A DNA stretch of 64,000 bases, taken from IMG/VR virus record IMGVR_UViG_3300036783_000113, positions 1 through 64,000 of that record, one strand, 5' to 3'. Origin of the DNA: a virus (Duplodnaviria; Caudoviricetes). Below the pieces are notes generated by a model that was given only the letters and a program-made list of their open reading frames with translations, did no database searches and was not told where the DNA came from. Positions within the stretch are counted from its first letter, which is position 1. Every line of letters starts with the position of its first letter. The position numbers and the translations under genes are program-made. Below, one piece after another: positions 26,916-38,400 of the stretch.

Positions 26916-27854
26916 ATGTCTAAATATACTGTTGCACAACGAGAAAAATTCTTTGAACAAGTTAAGAAATACGCTCAAGCTTCTAAATTAGATGAAGCTG
27001 GTAAGAAACTTCAAGAAGGTATTAAAAAAATGGCTTCAACAACAGCTGGTCGTGAAGAACTTGCTGCTTTAGTAACCGAAAACTTAGAAGCTGAAATGAC
27101 TTCTTATGATTTACGTTCGTTACTTTTTGAAACGAAACAACGTGAATTACTAGAAAAAGTCGAGTACAAGCGTAAAGGTAAATTCCGCGCATTCCGTATT
27201 ACTCGCGGTGGTTACGTTCCTAAAGTTCAAACGTTCCAAGATGTAGTTATGGCTCAACCTGAAGAGTTCGCTGTACGTGCTTCTTGTCACCTTGACCAAA
27301 TTCGTACAGGTCGTATCTCTTCTGTTGATGAATTACGTACTGGTATGTCTGAAGCTTTAATCACTGAATACAACCGTTATTTCTTTGAATCGTTAAACGC
27401 TGCTGTAAACTCTACAGACAATCCGAAAAACGTATTCACTGTATCTAAAGAAGTTAACAAAGATGTATTAGATGCTGCTATCGCTTCTGCTGCTAAACAT
27501 GGTCATGTATCAATCGTTGGTACTTACCAATCGCTATTACCAGTAACTAACTTTGCTGGTTACACTGATACACAAAAAGATGAAATCATGCGTACAGGTA
27601 AAATCGGTGTTTACCGTGGAGCTAGTTTAGTTGAGTTAACTGAATACGATGATGCTGATGGTTTACCAGTAGTTAAAGACGATTGCATTTTCTTAGTAGT
27701 TCGTAAAGCTGGTTTCATTGATGACTTCGGTGAAATGGCTAATGAAGAAATCACTGATAAAGAGCATTCAGAGTTCTCAATCTTAGTTCGTAAAGAATGG
27801 GGCTTCACAATCCTTTACCCTGAATACATCTTCATGATTAAGATCACTGCATAA
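26916..27854 (+). CDS. major capsid protein (HK97 fold)
   Basis: Size, position, strongly biased codons and downstream terminator. Confidence 0.85.
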   Translation: MSKYTVAQREKFFEQVKKYAQASKLDEAGKKLQEGIKKMASTTAGREELAALVTENLEAEMTSYDLRSLLFETKQRELLEKVEYKRKGKFRAFRITRGGYVPKVQTFQDVVMAQPEEFAVRASCHLDQIRTGRISSVDELRTGMSEALITEYNRYFFESLNAAVNSTDNPKNVFTVSKEVNKDVLDAAIASAAKHGHVSIVGTYQSLLPVTNFAGYTDTQKDEIMRTGKIGVYRGASLVELTEYDDADGLPVVKDDCIFLVVRKAGFIDDFGEMANEEITDKEHSEFSILVRKEWGFTILYPEYIFMIKITA

Positions 27855-27899
27855 TGAGAGGGGTTATCCCCTCTTAACTTTAATAAACAAGGAGAGGTT

Positions 27900-28298
27900 A
27901 TGGTTATGGCTGTTACTAAAAAATATGTATTAGAGGTTATTTTCAAGGGTAATTTATATTTGAACTTCCAAGGTGTATACCTTAACAAATGGGCTATTTC
28001 AGGTGGAAAAATCACTTTGACAGAAGATGAATATGATTACGCAAAGATGAACTTCCCTGAAACATTAGCTAAATATCTTGAACCGATTGGTTTCAAGTAT
28101 GATAAAGATATGGAGATTCCTGAATTTGAACCATCGCTTTATTTCGACTTACGCGCTGATAAACGTGAAGAAATCTTAAACAAACTTAAATTAGAACAAC
28201 TTGAAGAACTTCACACTTTTGCAGAATTAAGTGATATTAATGAGGTAACGAAAGATGTTATCAAAACTAAAATTCTATTAACTAAGGCTGGCAAGTAA
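27900..28298 (+). CDS. virion-associated hypothetical protein
   Basis: 132 aa, GGAGAGG RBS. Confidence 0.7.
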   Translation: MVMAVTKKYVLEVIFKGNLYLNFQGVYLNKWAISGGKITLTEDEYDYAKMNFPETLAKYLEPIGFKYDKDMEIPEFEPSLYFDLRADKREEILNKLKLEQLEELHTFAELSDINEVTKDVIKTKILLTKAGK

Positions 28299-28299
28299 C

Positions 28300-28662
28300 A
28301 TGGATCGGCTAATTGAAATCCTAAGACGTAGGTTAATGGATTTACCGATTATGGAAATGCTCCCTGATAGTAAAACTGCATTTGCTGATGAATATTTAAG
28401 TGGTGTTCTAAATGACGCATTAGATCAACAAGGTTATGAAGTTCCTTTACCTTCCAAAAAACACGAACAATTGATCGCGCTTGACGCGGCTGTAATTGTA
28501 ATTACCGGTTTAAAATCTTGGAGTGACGGTGAAAGTTATTCATACAAATCTGATGCTGTTCAAGTAACGCGTGGACTTATGCCACGACATTTTAAAGATA
28601 CGATTTCACTATTGAAAAATCAACGCGACGAAATAGTCGAAAGGATGGTAATGGAACTATGA
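28300..28662 (+). CDS. putative head-tail adaptor
   Basis: Position; helical N-terminus, SYSYKSDAVQVT hairpin. Confidence 0.55.
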   Translation: MDRLIEILRRRLMDLPIMEMLPDSKTAFADEYLSGVLNDALDQQGYEVPLPSKKHEQLIALDAAVIVITGLKSWSDGESYSYKSDAVQVTRGLMPRHFKDTISLLKNQRDEIVERMVMEL

Positions 28663-28832
28663 ACGAATCGAAAGCTGTAAACGCAAATGAGTTATGGAAA
28701 TTGCACATTGGTTTACTTCAATATGTTGACTGTATTGAAAATAAAGCTATGAGACAATTGATTAAAACTAGAGTTCTTGATGTTGCTCATGTAGCGAAAG
28801 AATCTCTTGAAGAATTAGAAGGAGGTCAATAA
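28659..28832 (+). CDS. small hypothetical protein
   Basis: Read by hand: 57 aa MNESKAVNANELW..., ATGA overlap. Confidence 0.55.
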   Translation: MNESKAVNANELWKLHIGLLQYVDCIENKAMRQLIKTRVLDVAHVAKESLEELEGGQ

Positions 28833-28834
28833 TA

Positions 28835-29350
28835 ATGGCTGAAGTAGTATTTACTGGTAGAGAAGAAGTATATAATGGTTTTAACCGTGAATTATTTTTC
28901 ACAACTGATTCGCCTAAAGCATTACCTGAAACGACTCCTGTTGCAAAATGGATTCAATTAGGTTATGATGATTCATTCAGTTTTGACGAAAATGAGAACG
29001 AAACGCAAAAGTATAACAAGCGTGACAAATCTCATAAGAAAAAAGGACGTAAAGAATATACGTTTGATATCTCTCAAATGTATGCGGGTGTTCAATATTC
29101 TATCTTCATGTTAAAAGGTAAGAATGGTACACTTAAACAAGTAACTAAGAATGACGAAGGAAAAGTTGTAGAGGTTAACTACTTCCACAATACTGATATT
29201 AACTCTCCTAAGTTTGCTGGTGGCGGTGACGATAAGGACGATACGATCAGTGCTTCAGGTTCTTACGAAAACCGTTTCTTATATGACAAGGAAGGAACTG
29301 GCGCTAAGTTAATGTTCGCAACTGACGGAAGCCATGTGGTTACACCCTAG
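28835..29350 (+). CDS. major tail (tube) protein
   Basis: Position, size and beta-rich tube pattern; ends CCC TAG. Confidence 0.75.
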   Translation: MAEVVFTGREEVYNGFNRELFFTTDSPKALPETTPVAKWIQLGYDDSFSFDENENETQKYNKRDKSHKKKGRKEYTFDISQMYAGVQYSIFMLKGKNGTLKQVTKNDEGKVVEVNYFHNTDINSPKFAGGGDDKDDTISASGSYENRFLYDKEGTGAKLMFATDGSHVVTP

Positions 29351-29615
29351 TAATCCCCTAGCGCCAATCGGTTTGAAAGTTGATAGCAAGACAGCGGTAC
29401 AAGCTGTTATCAGCTGGACGGCCGTTACGGATAGCAGGGGTATTAAAGCGTATGACGTATACAAAGATGGAGTTAAAGTTGCTAGTCCAACAACACCATC
29501 GTATACGGCTACTGGCTTGACTACAGCTACGACTTACAAATTCAAAATTAAAGCTGTTGCTAATGACAATATGGTTTCTGATTTCAGTCAGGAATTGTCT
29601 GTAACAACTAGTTAA
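29346..29615 (+). CDS. fibronectin type III extension of the tail tube protein via +1 frameshift
   Basis: PLAPIGLKV...VISWTAVTD...AYDVYKDG...SYTATGLTTATTYKFKIKA is FN3; lies in the +1 frame of CCC-TAG. Confidence 0.8.
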   Translation, partial: PSNPLAPIGLKVDSKTAVQAVISWTAVTDSRGIKAYDVYKDGVKVASPTTPSYTATGLTTATTYKFKIKAVANDNMVSDFSQELSVTTS

Positions 29616-29668
29616 AAAGGTGGCAAGGGGATGATTCCTCTTGTCATTTTTTATTAGGAGGGAATAAA

Positions 29669-30361
29669 ATGCTAAGTTATATGCACGAAGAGATATACGT
29701 CCATGTTGATAATTTAATTACTGAAGAGTATAAAAAGACAGGTGACAATGTATCTTTTGATGATGATTGGTATTTTGTAAGGAAGGGATTATTAAAAATA
29801 ACTTTAGGTGGATCAGTAACTACTTTGACGGTTAAAGTTAATGAAGGAACTGCTGTATTTAATTTAGCTGGTAAAGCTGCTGATGTATTAGAGTTAAATT
29901 TTGAGAAGATGATATTCAAATTGAATGGTAAATTAATATTCTTGAATTCATATATAGCCCCTGCCAATACGGATAAGGTTAAATTGAGCTGCTCGTTTGG
30001 TCAGGGAAGCCACCAATTCAGTTACTTTGGATTGAAAGAAGTACGCAACGAAAACGATATTAACTTCTGTACATCATTGGATTATAACTATTCAACTGAA
30101 AAACAAAGAAGAACTTTAATAAATAATGAAACAATTGATGTTGGAATTGCGAAACCGGAATATTCATGGAGTATTAATGGTTTATGGAACAACGAAGAAG
30201 TAAGTAAATTTGGCGAACTGTTCAATTTAAGATTTATTGATGAAGAAGCAAAGCCTATGGTAAGGCTAATCGGATGTACTTCTGACAGCTTCAAGAACGG
30301 TTCATCGGATAGTGGAGATTTAACTTATTCGTTGAGTGGTAAATTCAAAAAAATTATGTAA
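29669..30361 (+). CDS. tail-associated protein (possible second tube-like fold)
   Basis: 230 aa in the tail module; beta-strand pattern. Confidence 0.5.
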   Translation: MLSYMHEEIYVHVDNLITEEYKKTGDNVSFDDDWYFVRKGLLKITLGGSVTTLTVKVNEGTAVFNLAGKAADVLELNFEKMIFKLNGKLIFLNSYIAPANTDKVKLSCSFGQGSHQFSYFGLKEVRNENDINFCTSLDYNYSTEKQRRTLINNETIDVGIAKPEYSWSINGLWNNEEVSKFGELFNLRFIDEEAKPMVRLIGCTSDSFKNGSSDSGDLTYSLSGKFKKIM

Positions 30362-30377
30362 AGGTATGGTGTTGAAA

Positions 30378-30827
30378 ATGGCTGTATTAAAATTTGCTGA
30401 CAAAGTTAAAAAATTAAAGAGAACTGATAGTGTTGATTTCAAGGATAACGTTGGTGAGGTTACTTCATTCGTTGTCACTTCTGTAAAACAAACTGATTTA
30501 GATGAAATCAATAATAAATATAATGCTATGATGCCGGCTGTTCCAATTAAAAAATTACCATCTAAAACTGGAATTAAAACGGTTGAGGATCATGAAAATC
30601 CTGCTTACAAAGCTGAAACAATCAAAATTGACAAAGAACGTATGTATGAAATGGCTGCTCTTTTCTTACGTGAAGGAGAAGGTCTTGAAGGTACTATTGA
30701 AGAACAAATCGAACTAGTTAAGTCTGTTGAACTTGCTGGATTCGTTGGTAAAGTAGTTAATAAAGGTCTTGAAGTTTCAGGTCTTTTAAATGATGAGACT
30801 GATGAAGAAATTGAAGAGGGAAAGTAA
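30378..30827 (+). CDS. tail assembly chaperone (gpG-like)
   Basis: Ends in the slippery heptamer G GGA AAG before TAA. Confidence 0.75.
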   Translation: MAVLKFADKVKKLKRTDSVDFKDNVGEVTSFVVTSVKQTDLDEINNKYNAMMPAVPIKKLPSKTGIKTVEDHENPAYKAETIKIDKERMYEMAALFLREGEGLEGTIEEQIELVKSVELAGFVGKVVNKGLEVSGLLNDETDEEIEEGK

Positions 30828-31024
30828 TTCTCTCTCCTAAATTAAAGGTTGAGGAAGGTGTAACGGACTTTTACATAATGTTAGATTTATGTGAAAGATA
30901 CAGTGTAAACCCTCAACACTGGAACGATATAGACCACGACAAACGAGTTCTTATGAGAGCTAAATGGGAACTTGACCGTGATTATCGTGATAGACAAGCT
31001 AAACAACAATCTCAAGGAGGGTAG
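30818..31024 (+). CDS. -1 frameshift extension of the chaperone (gpGT-like)
   Basis: Open -1 frame GKVILSPKLKVEEGVTDFYIMLDLCERY...QSQGG. Confidence 0.75.
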   Translation, partial: GKVILSPKLKVEEGVTDFYIMLDLCERYSVNPQHWNDIDHDKRVLMRAKWELDRDYRDRQAKQQSQGG

Positions 31025-31067
31025 GTGCTAAATGTGCCTACTCTCTTTTTGTATAGGAGGTGAAAAT

Positions 31068-31499
31068 ATGAGAAACAATCCAATGGTAAAAGCGATATAC
31101 GAAACGATGCGCCGTGACGTTAAAATGACTATCGACAAAGTAGGTGAAGAAGCTGTATTCGAATGGACTGAAATGGTCGGTGGTGTTTGGAATGAAACGT
31201 ATGAAATATGGGAAGGCGGCGTAATGGAGAAGAAGTTTTATAAGGAAATGGGTATCGGAAAAATCTACTGGTACAAAGAAGATTTGATTGAAGTCGAGTA
31301 CGGTAAGTTGAATGTTGGCGACTGCATCATTCGTTTTGTGTACGATTCTCCTGTATTTGATACATTACGTGGTAAACATAATGTTGTGTTTACTTACAAG
31401 AATCAACGATTTGCGTTCAACTCTCCATTCGATATAGGTGATTCGGTTCAAGGGAAAATGACTTGTAAAGTTGTACGTGGTACTAAGTCAACTGAATAG
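31068..31499 (+). CDS. putative head closure/neck protein
   Basis: Beta-rich 143 aa; GGAGG RBS. Confidence 0.5.
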   Translation: MRNNPMVKAIYETMRRDVKMTIDKVGEEAVFEWTEMVGGVWNETYEIWEGGVMEKKFYKEMGIGKIYWYKEDLIEVEYGKLNVGDCIIRFVYDSPVFDTLRGKHNVVFTYKNQRFAFNSPFDIGDSVQGKMTCKVVRGTKSTE

Positions 31500-31509
31500 A
31501 GGTGTACTA

Positions 31510-31974
31510 ATGATTAAAATGAATATTGATACAAGTGATATGAAAAGACTAGCTGCTCAACTAAGAGAATTTACAAGCGCTGCTGAACGTGAAGCTCAAG
31601 ATGTTATGGTTGAACTTTCAGATAAGACTAATAGATCATTTGATAATAAGATGCTTAGTTTAGTATACGATAAGTATTCTCCTTACAAATATAAACGTAC
31701 TGACCATTTAAGAGGTAAGGATGGTTCAAGGGTTGAGGAAATGAAGATTGATGGTTCAGTAAGTTCATATTCGTTTCAAATCGATGAAAATAGTCGCGAC
31801 CGAAAAGGTGAAACTTGGTACAACAAAGCTGAACGTGTTGAGTCAGGTGATTTACGCGGTTCTGCTCCTGAACGTCCTTTCATTGAAGAAACTCAAAATG
31901 ATTTGAAAAAAGGATTAAAAGAAGCAGAAATAAAATATATGGCTAAAATTAGAATGCTATTGAATAGGAGGTGA
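31510..31974 (+). CDS. HK97 gp10-like tail completion protein
   Basis: YKRTDHLR and PERPFIEET motifs typical of the family. Confidence 0.6.
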   Translation: MIKMNIDTSDMKRLAAQLREFTSAAEREAQDVMVELSDKTNRSFDNKMLSLVYDKYSPYKYKRTDHLRGKDGSRVEEMKIDGSVSSYSFQIDENSRDRKGETWYNKAERVESGDLRGSAPERPFIEETQNDLKKGLKEAEIKYMAKIRMLLNRR

Positions 31975-31978
31975 TTAG

Positions 31979-32443
31979 ATGGTATTGATGTACGATCAAG
32001 AAAAGTACGTTGAAACAACTAAAGGTATAGTTAAAGAATTTGTTCAGAAACAAATACCTGAAGCGAAAATTATATTGGGTGAATTACCGAACGCCGATGA
32101 CAACTTAGTTATCGACAAACCTAATATATATATTGAGTACGAACGTGACTTAGCTATTGATGATAGGTATGGGTATAGGACTGGTAGAGGTGGCCATAAG
32201 AAACGTTATCGTCTTACTTATTCGTTTCAGATTATAACACAAGGTGATACTTATGGAGTTATGGACAGGGACAGAATCGTTCAAAAAATAGTTGCAGCGG
32301 TGAATAAAGAACAGACTTCTCAAGAATTCGCGCAAAGAGGACTTTACAAATTAGGTGGTAAGTTCGTAAGTAGTTATCGTGTGCGTGAAAATTTATTCTT
32401 AGCGAGAGTTGAAATTAACTTCATTATTCACTTTGAATCTTAA
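31979..32443 (+). CDS. putative tail terminator protein
   Basis: Position and size; YSFQI pattern. Confidence 0.5.
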   Translation: MVLMYDQEKYVETTKGIVKEFVQKQIPEAKIILGELPNADDNLVIDKPNIYIEYERDLAIDDRYGYRTGRGGHKKRYRLTYSFQIITQGDTYGVMDRDRIVQKIVAAVNKEQTSQEFAQRGLYKLGGKFVSSYRVRENLFLARVEINFIIHFES

Positions 32444-32462
32444 TATAAGGAAGGTGTAGTAA

Positions 32463-35400
32463 ATGAACGAGAACAATCGTATAGGTATTCGGTTTGAGGT
32501 AAATACAAAAGAGTTAGCGGAAATGAACAAAGCGATTGCTACAATTGATAAGTTCAATCAAGCTTCAGCAAAAATGGCACAATCAATGAGTCAAACTGCT
32601 ACTGCAAGTACAAAAAGTGAACAGGCAATCAAGAACACGACTCAAAGAATCCAAGAAATAGAAAGAGCAACTAGTTCTTTGCCTAACCAAATGAAAGCTA
32701 GTTCTCAAAGCATAGATAGAATGGGTCAAGCTGTAACTAAATTACAAAACGATTTAAAAGGTTATGGTCGTGATGTAAAAGTTGCTGTAGATTCTAACGG
32801 CAAAATGAACGCTAGTTTCAAAGATTCACAAGGTAATATAGTTAAGATGAAAGCTGAATTAGATCAGACTGCAAACCGTTTTGTTAACTTTTCAAATTCA
32901 ATACAAACAACTAACGGTCATTTAAAACAGCTGGCTCAAGCTGAAAAAGCTGCTGCTCAAGAACAAAAGAAAATGGCTCAAGAAGCTGCTAAAGCTGCAT
33001 CTGAAATGAAGAAGAATGAACAACATGCTGAATCTTTAACTCGCGCATATAATAAGTTACATCAAGGATTAGACATATCAGAAGTTTTACGTAGAAACGG
33101 TGGAACTTTTAATGTTTACAATAATGCTGTTAAAGGTAATAGTGAAATTGTACGTGCAAATATTGATCGTCACGGTAAATTCACACAAACATTGCGTGAC
33201 CAACAAGGTGCTTTAACAACTATAAATGGTTACTATAACCAATCACACGGACGTTTGGTTCAGTATTCTGAAGCTGTATCTTCAGGTAATAAAAAAGTTG
33301 CACAATCAATGAATGAAACGACTGCTGCCGCAAAAACAGGAGCTAGTGCAATGGGAGAGTGGGCTAACCAAACAAGAATTGCATTTGAACGTATGATCCA
33401 GTGGACTGCCGTTACGACAGTATTCTTCCAAATAATTAACGGATTAAAAGCTGTCGGTGCAACTATAGTCGAAGTTGACCATCAAATGACTAATCTTAGA
33501 AGGGTTATGAATGAAGATCAATTTATGGCTGGAACTTCTGCTGTTCAAGGTTTTGAACGTATGTTAAAAACTGCAACTAGTACAGCTCAAGAATTAGGGG
33601 TTACAGTTGTAGGCGTTCTTGAATCGATGAACGAATTCGCGAGACAGGGTTTTGATGAAAATACAATTAACTATTTATCTCGTATGGCAACTGTATTTTC
33701 TGCTGTAGCCGATATCGATATGTCAACTTCTGCTTCATACTTAACTTCTGCTATGAAAATATTCAACTTGGAAGCTGAAGAATCTATCAGAATAGTCGAT
33801 GAATTGAATCAGGTCGATAACGATTATGCCGTGAGTTCTGATGACTTAGCGCAATCATTAGCTCGTGCTGGTGGTACTGCAAATGCGTTCGGTGTATCTA
33901 TGGAGCAAGTTTTAGGTCACACTGTAGCAATTGGTGAAGCGACTCGTGAATCAGGGGCTATCGTTGGTAACTCATTAAAAACAATTTACTCTCGTGTTAC
34001 AACTGTTGATTCTGCTATTAGTGCATTGAAAGAAGTTGGCGTAGATGTATTTGATCCGATAACAAAAGATTCGAAAGACGTTAACGTTATCTTAGGTGAT
34101 TTAGCTGGTAAATGGGATGGTCTTTCTAAAACTCAACGTGAAAACATTGGTGTAACTTTAGCTGGACGACATCAATTATCTCGTTTCATGGTATTAATGG
34201 ATCGTTGGGGACAAGGGGTTGCCGCTACTGATACGGCTTATAAAGCTGCTGGTTCAGGTATGCGTGAGTATGATAAATACATGCAATCAATTGGAGCAAA
34301 TATGAATTTAGCTATTGCTGCATTCCAAAAATTAGCTATCGCGCTAGGTGAAGCTGGTATTGGTGCTGCTATGATTGTCGCTCTTAAAGGTGTGACAATG
34401 TTCACTGAAGGAATAACTGCAACTGTAGAAAAGTTAGGTGCTTTATCATTTGCTGTTCCTGCTGTAGTAGCTGCATTAGGTTACTTAGCTGTTGCGTATG
34501 TAACTACTTCTAGGGCTGCTACTGCTGCTGGAACTTCATTAGCTATTCCTATGAACAAGGCTGGTATGGCAGTTAACAACTTAATGAATTCAATGGGTGC
34601 ATCTTCAATTGCTGCTGCTAATATGGGAGGGGCTGTTTCAAAGTTAACAACTGGCATGAGAGCGTTGGCAATGGCCACAATAATGAATCCGTTCGTTTGG
34701 GTAGCTGCTGCTGTAATAGGAATTACTGCTTTAGTCGGTGGTATGTCTCAAGCGAAACAAGAAGTAGAATCTATGGCTGAATCAGCTCGTAATGCCGAAT
34801 ATGAATTCGACCAATTGAACAAACGTATCAAAGAGGGTAATCCCCAAGATATGCGATACGATTTGAATAAATTGGATCAAATGAGAGATAAACTTAAAGA
34901 AGTAGCTGATGGTGCTAAGTTTTCCGAAGCTGCATTTAATAACCAAAAGGCCTCAATGGAAGGTAGTGCTAATGCTAGTTTGAATTTAGGTTTCCAATTA
35001 GCTAATCTTAAAGATAAAATAATGGCTAACAATAACGGTACTGCAACTTGGTTTGAACGTTTGCCTGAAGATTTAAAGAAAACAGCTGCCGAATTAGGTG
35101 TGACGTATGAAAAGGGTATGACATTCAATGAATTCATTTCTGCATTAGATGAAAAATCTTCTCGTGCTACTGATTCTTATAATGAATTAAATAAGAAAAT
35201 TAAAGAAACTGGTAAACCTGAAGGTATTCTTGAAGCTGCTAAAGCTATGAATGACTTATCAGAGAATACTGACGAAGCGTTTAACTCATTTTCTAAAATC
35301 GCTGGTTTCAAAGATGAAATGATTAATTCTTTAAAAGAACAAATGACTTACATTCAATTAATGTCAAAAGTTCCTGCTGAACAACGTACTGCTTTAGAAG

Positions 35401-38400
35401 ATTCAGGCCTTAAAGAAGCTATCGGTTCTGTAGCTGACAGATTGAACTTAGGTAAAGATGCCGCTGATGGAATGTACAATGGTAATCAAAAAATCATAGA
35501 TCAATCCAGTTCTAACATTTCTGCTTTTGAAAATGTAAAAAAAGCTGTTGAAGATGTTAAAAATGCGACTACAGACAAAGAGAGAGCCGATGCTACAGCT
35601 CGTTTCAATGAAGCTCGTAATATTGTTAAGTCTATTAGTGAACGAAAAGTCGAAGCGGATAGTTCTCTAGAAAACGCTGATATTTTCAAAACGGCTGAAG
35701 GTGTCAAACGTCAAGAAATGGCTAATACCGTTGAGCAAATGCGTTTAACTGGCCTTATTAGTAACGATTTCGCTCATCAATTGCAACAAAAAATTGGTGT
35801 GGAAGTTCCTTTAGCTTTCGCTCAAATGAGTAAAGGTGCTTCAGAATCTCAACAAACAATGGCTTCGGAATCAGATACAACAGCTTCAAGATTCGAAACT
35901 TCATACGACAGAATAAGAAGAACATTCGGCTTAACAGGTGATACATCCGAGAATACAGGGGTTCGTATCGGTGGAGTTGAAGTAGGACTTCAAAATGGTG
36001 CAAACCAAACTCAAAACACTTACGGCGTAGCTCATAACGGTATGCAACAAAATATGAATCAAACAGCCGGAACTGCTGAACAAACTGGTGGAAGAGTGCA
36101 AGGTAGCAATACAGGAATGCAACAATCCATTGGTAATACAGGAGTAACATTCGGTGTTAACTTAAATGGAATGGGTGGTCACTACAATACATTCGGCCAA
36201 ACTTCTTCTAATACTGCTGGTACAGTAGGTGGAAGTAACAGCAATATCGACAGTTCTACAAGTGGAATGTCAGGTAATGTTCAAGGTTATTTAAAAGGCG
36301 TTCAAGGTGCTAACAAAGATACTGGAACATCTTACGGTAACATGGCTGATGAAGCTAGTAAAGGATCAAGTAGTGCTAATTCAAGCGCTCAATCAGGTCT
36401 TGGTGGAGCTAAGAAAGAAGCTGATGGTTTATCTAAAGCTTTAGATGGTTTAAAAACAGCTTGGAACGCATTGACTAAACTTGGTACAATTGCTCTTAAT
36501 TTCGCTACTGGTGGTTTAATTGGCGGTGGTGGTTCTGAAGGTATTCGTGATTTATCAAGTAAAGTTAATAAGACTCATGACTTCGTTAAGAGTGGCGGTG
36601 GCACTGCAAGCGGAGTGTTCAGCGGATTACCTATCACTTCTGAATTTGGCTATCGTACCGATCCATTTACTGGCGCTAGAACTGGCCATAATGGTATGGA
36701 TTTCGCTGCTCCTACTGGAACTCCTGTTCGTGCTACAACTGGTGGCGTAGTAATTAAATCCGGTTGGGGCGCTCAAGGTTCAGGTTATGGTGGTTACGGA
36801 AATGTTGTAGCAATCCAAGATATGGGTGGTCGCGTTCATATTTACGGACATAACAGCGGTGTGAATGTTCGCGAAGGTTCATTCGTCGGTGCTGGAACTA
36901 CAATTGCTAGTTCAGGTTCAACAGGTCGTTCAACCGGCCCACATATTCATTATGAAGTACGTAATGGTGGTACTGCAATTTCACCAAGAGGATTTATCGG
37001 TGGAGGTAATGAAGGAGTTCGTGACTTACGCAAATATCATACTGGTGGTGTTGTTCAAGGTGGTATGGTAGATGATAAGTTCCGTAGAAACAATGAAGTT
37101 GATGCTCGTTTACTGAAAGGTGAAATGGTATTAACTCAAGCTCAACAAAAGAACTTATTTGATATGATGAAAACTCCAATGGAAGGTGACCGTAAGCCTA
37201 AGTTCCATTCCGGCGGTGTGGTTGGTGGTTACGATAAACTTTACGGTTCTTGGACTGCTAAAGATTTCAGAGCTTCTTCTAACCAATTCGTCACTAATAA
37301 CTTCTATCAAGGCGAATATCGTGATCGTGTATCTTCAGCAAGTTACGTTAAGGATATAGGAGCATATAGCACTAATGATATGCTTTATCTATTAACTACT
37401 TCAATTAGACAAGTAGCTTCTACTGATGAAGATAAAAAAGATTACAACAAACAAATTATCGACTTAATCAAACAAGGTAACAATCGCGATTACGCTAGTA
37501 AAGCTTTTGACAATGCTAACCTATTCTTACCTGAAGGTGTACGTGACTTAGTTAAGCAAGACGTAATGAATGCCGTTAAGGAGAATGAATTCGACGGTTA
37601 CGCGGAACGCACTAAAAAGTTCTTAGATGAATTCATTGAAAAAATGCCTAAAGTTAATGAACAGGTAACTAAATTCGTTGACCTTCATCATTCTTTAAAT
37701 GAGGAAAATGAACGTTACAAAGAAGATTCATTCATTAACAAGTTTGTCGATAAAGGAATGCTATCTTTAGGGTTAATGGAAAAGCCTACAGAATTAGAAG
37801 CTACAGAGAAGAAAATGCAAGAGATTCAAGAAAGAAGTAAAAATCTTTTTGAACAAAACGCAAAAGTCAAATACAACACGAAGAACCCTGAACTTTATTC
37901 TCAAATGGCTCAATACGCTAAAGAATTTAATGCGCTGAATGAACGATTGTATCAAGATCGTTCTTACGGTAAATTAATGGGTTACAGTGACGAACAAGTG
38001 AAAGAGTCTACAAAAGAACTTGAAAGTCAATGGAAGGAAGCTCTTTCTAGATGGAAAGACTTAGAATCAGCGATTGATGGTAACAAAGCAATTGTATCTG
38101 ACAATGAGAAGATTCTAGAAACGTTAGCTATCGACTATAAAAAACTTCAGAAAGAAATGGAAGAAACTAAAAAGAAAACTGAAATCATGGAGAAGATTAA
38201 GGATAAAGTTAGTTCTATCTTTAATTGGAATGCTTCTTCTTTAATCACTGAAAAGACGGATGAATTTGGTAACGTTGTACGTGACGTTGAAGGTACGATC
38301 CGCGCTGTTCTAGATGTTCAGAAAGCTATCGATGAAATTACTAAAGATATTTATTCTAACATCGACAAAACAGTTGAGGAAATGATTACTAGCATCTTAA

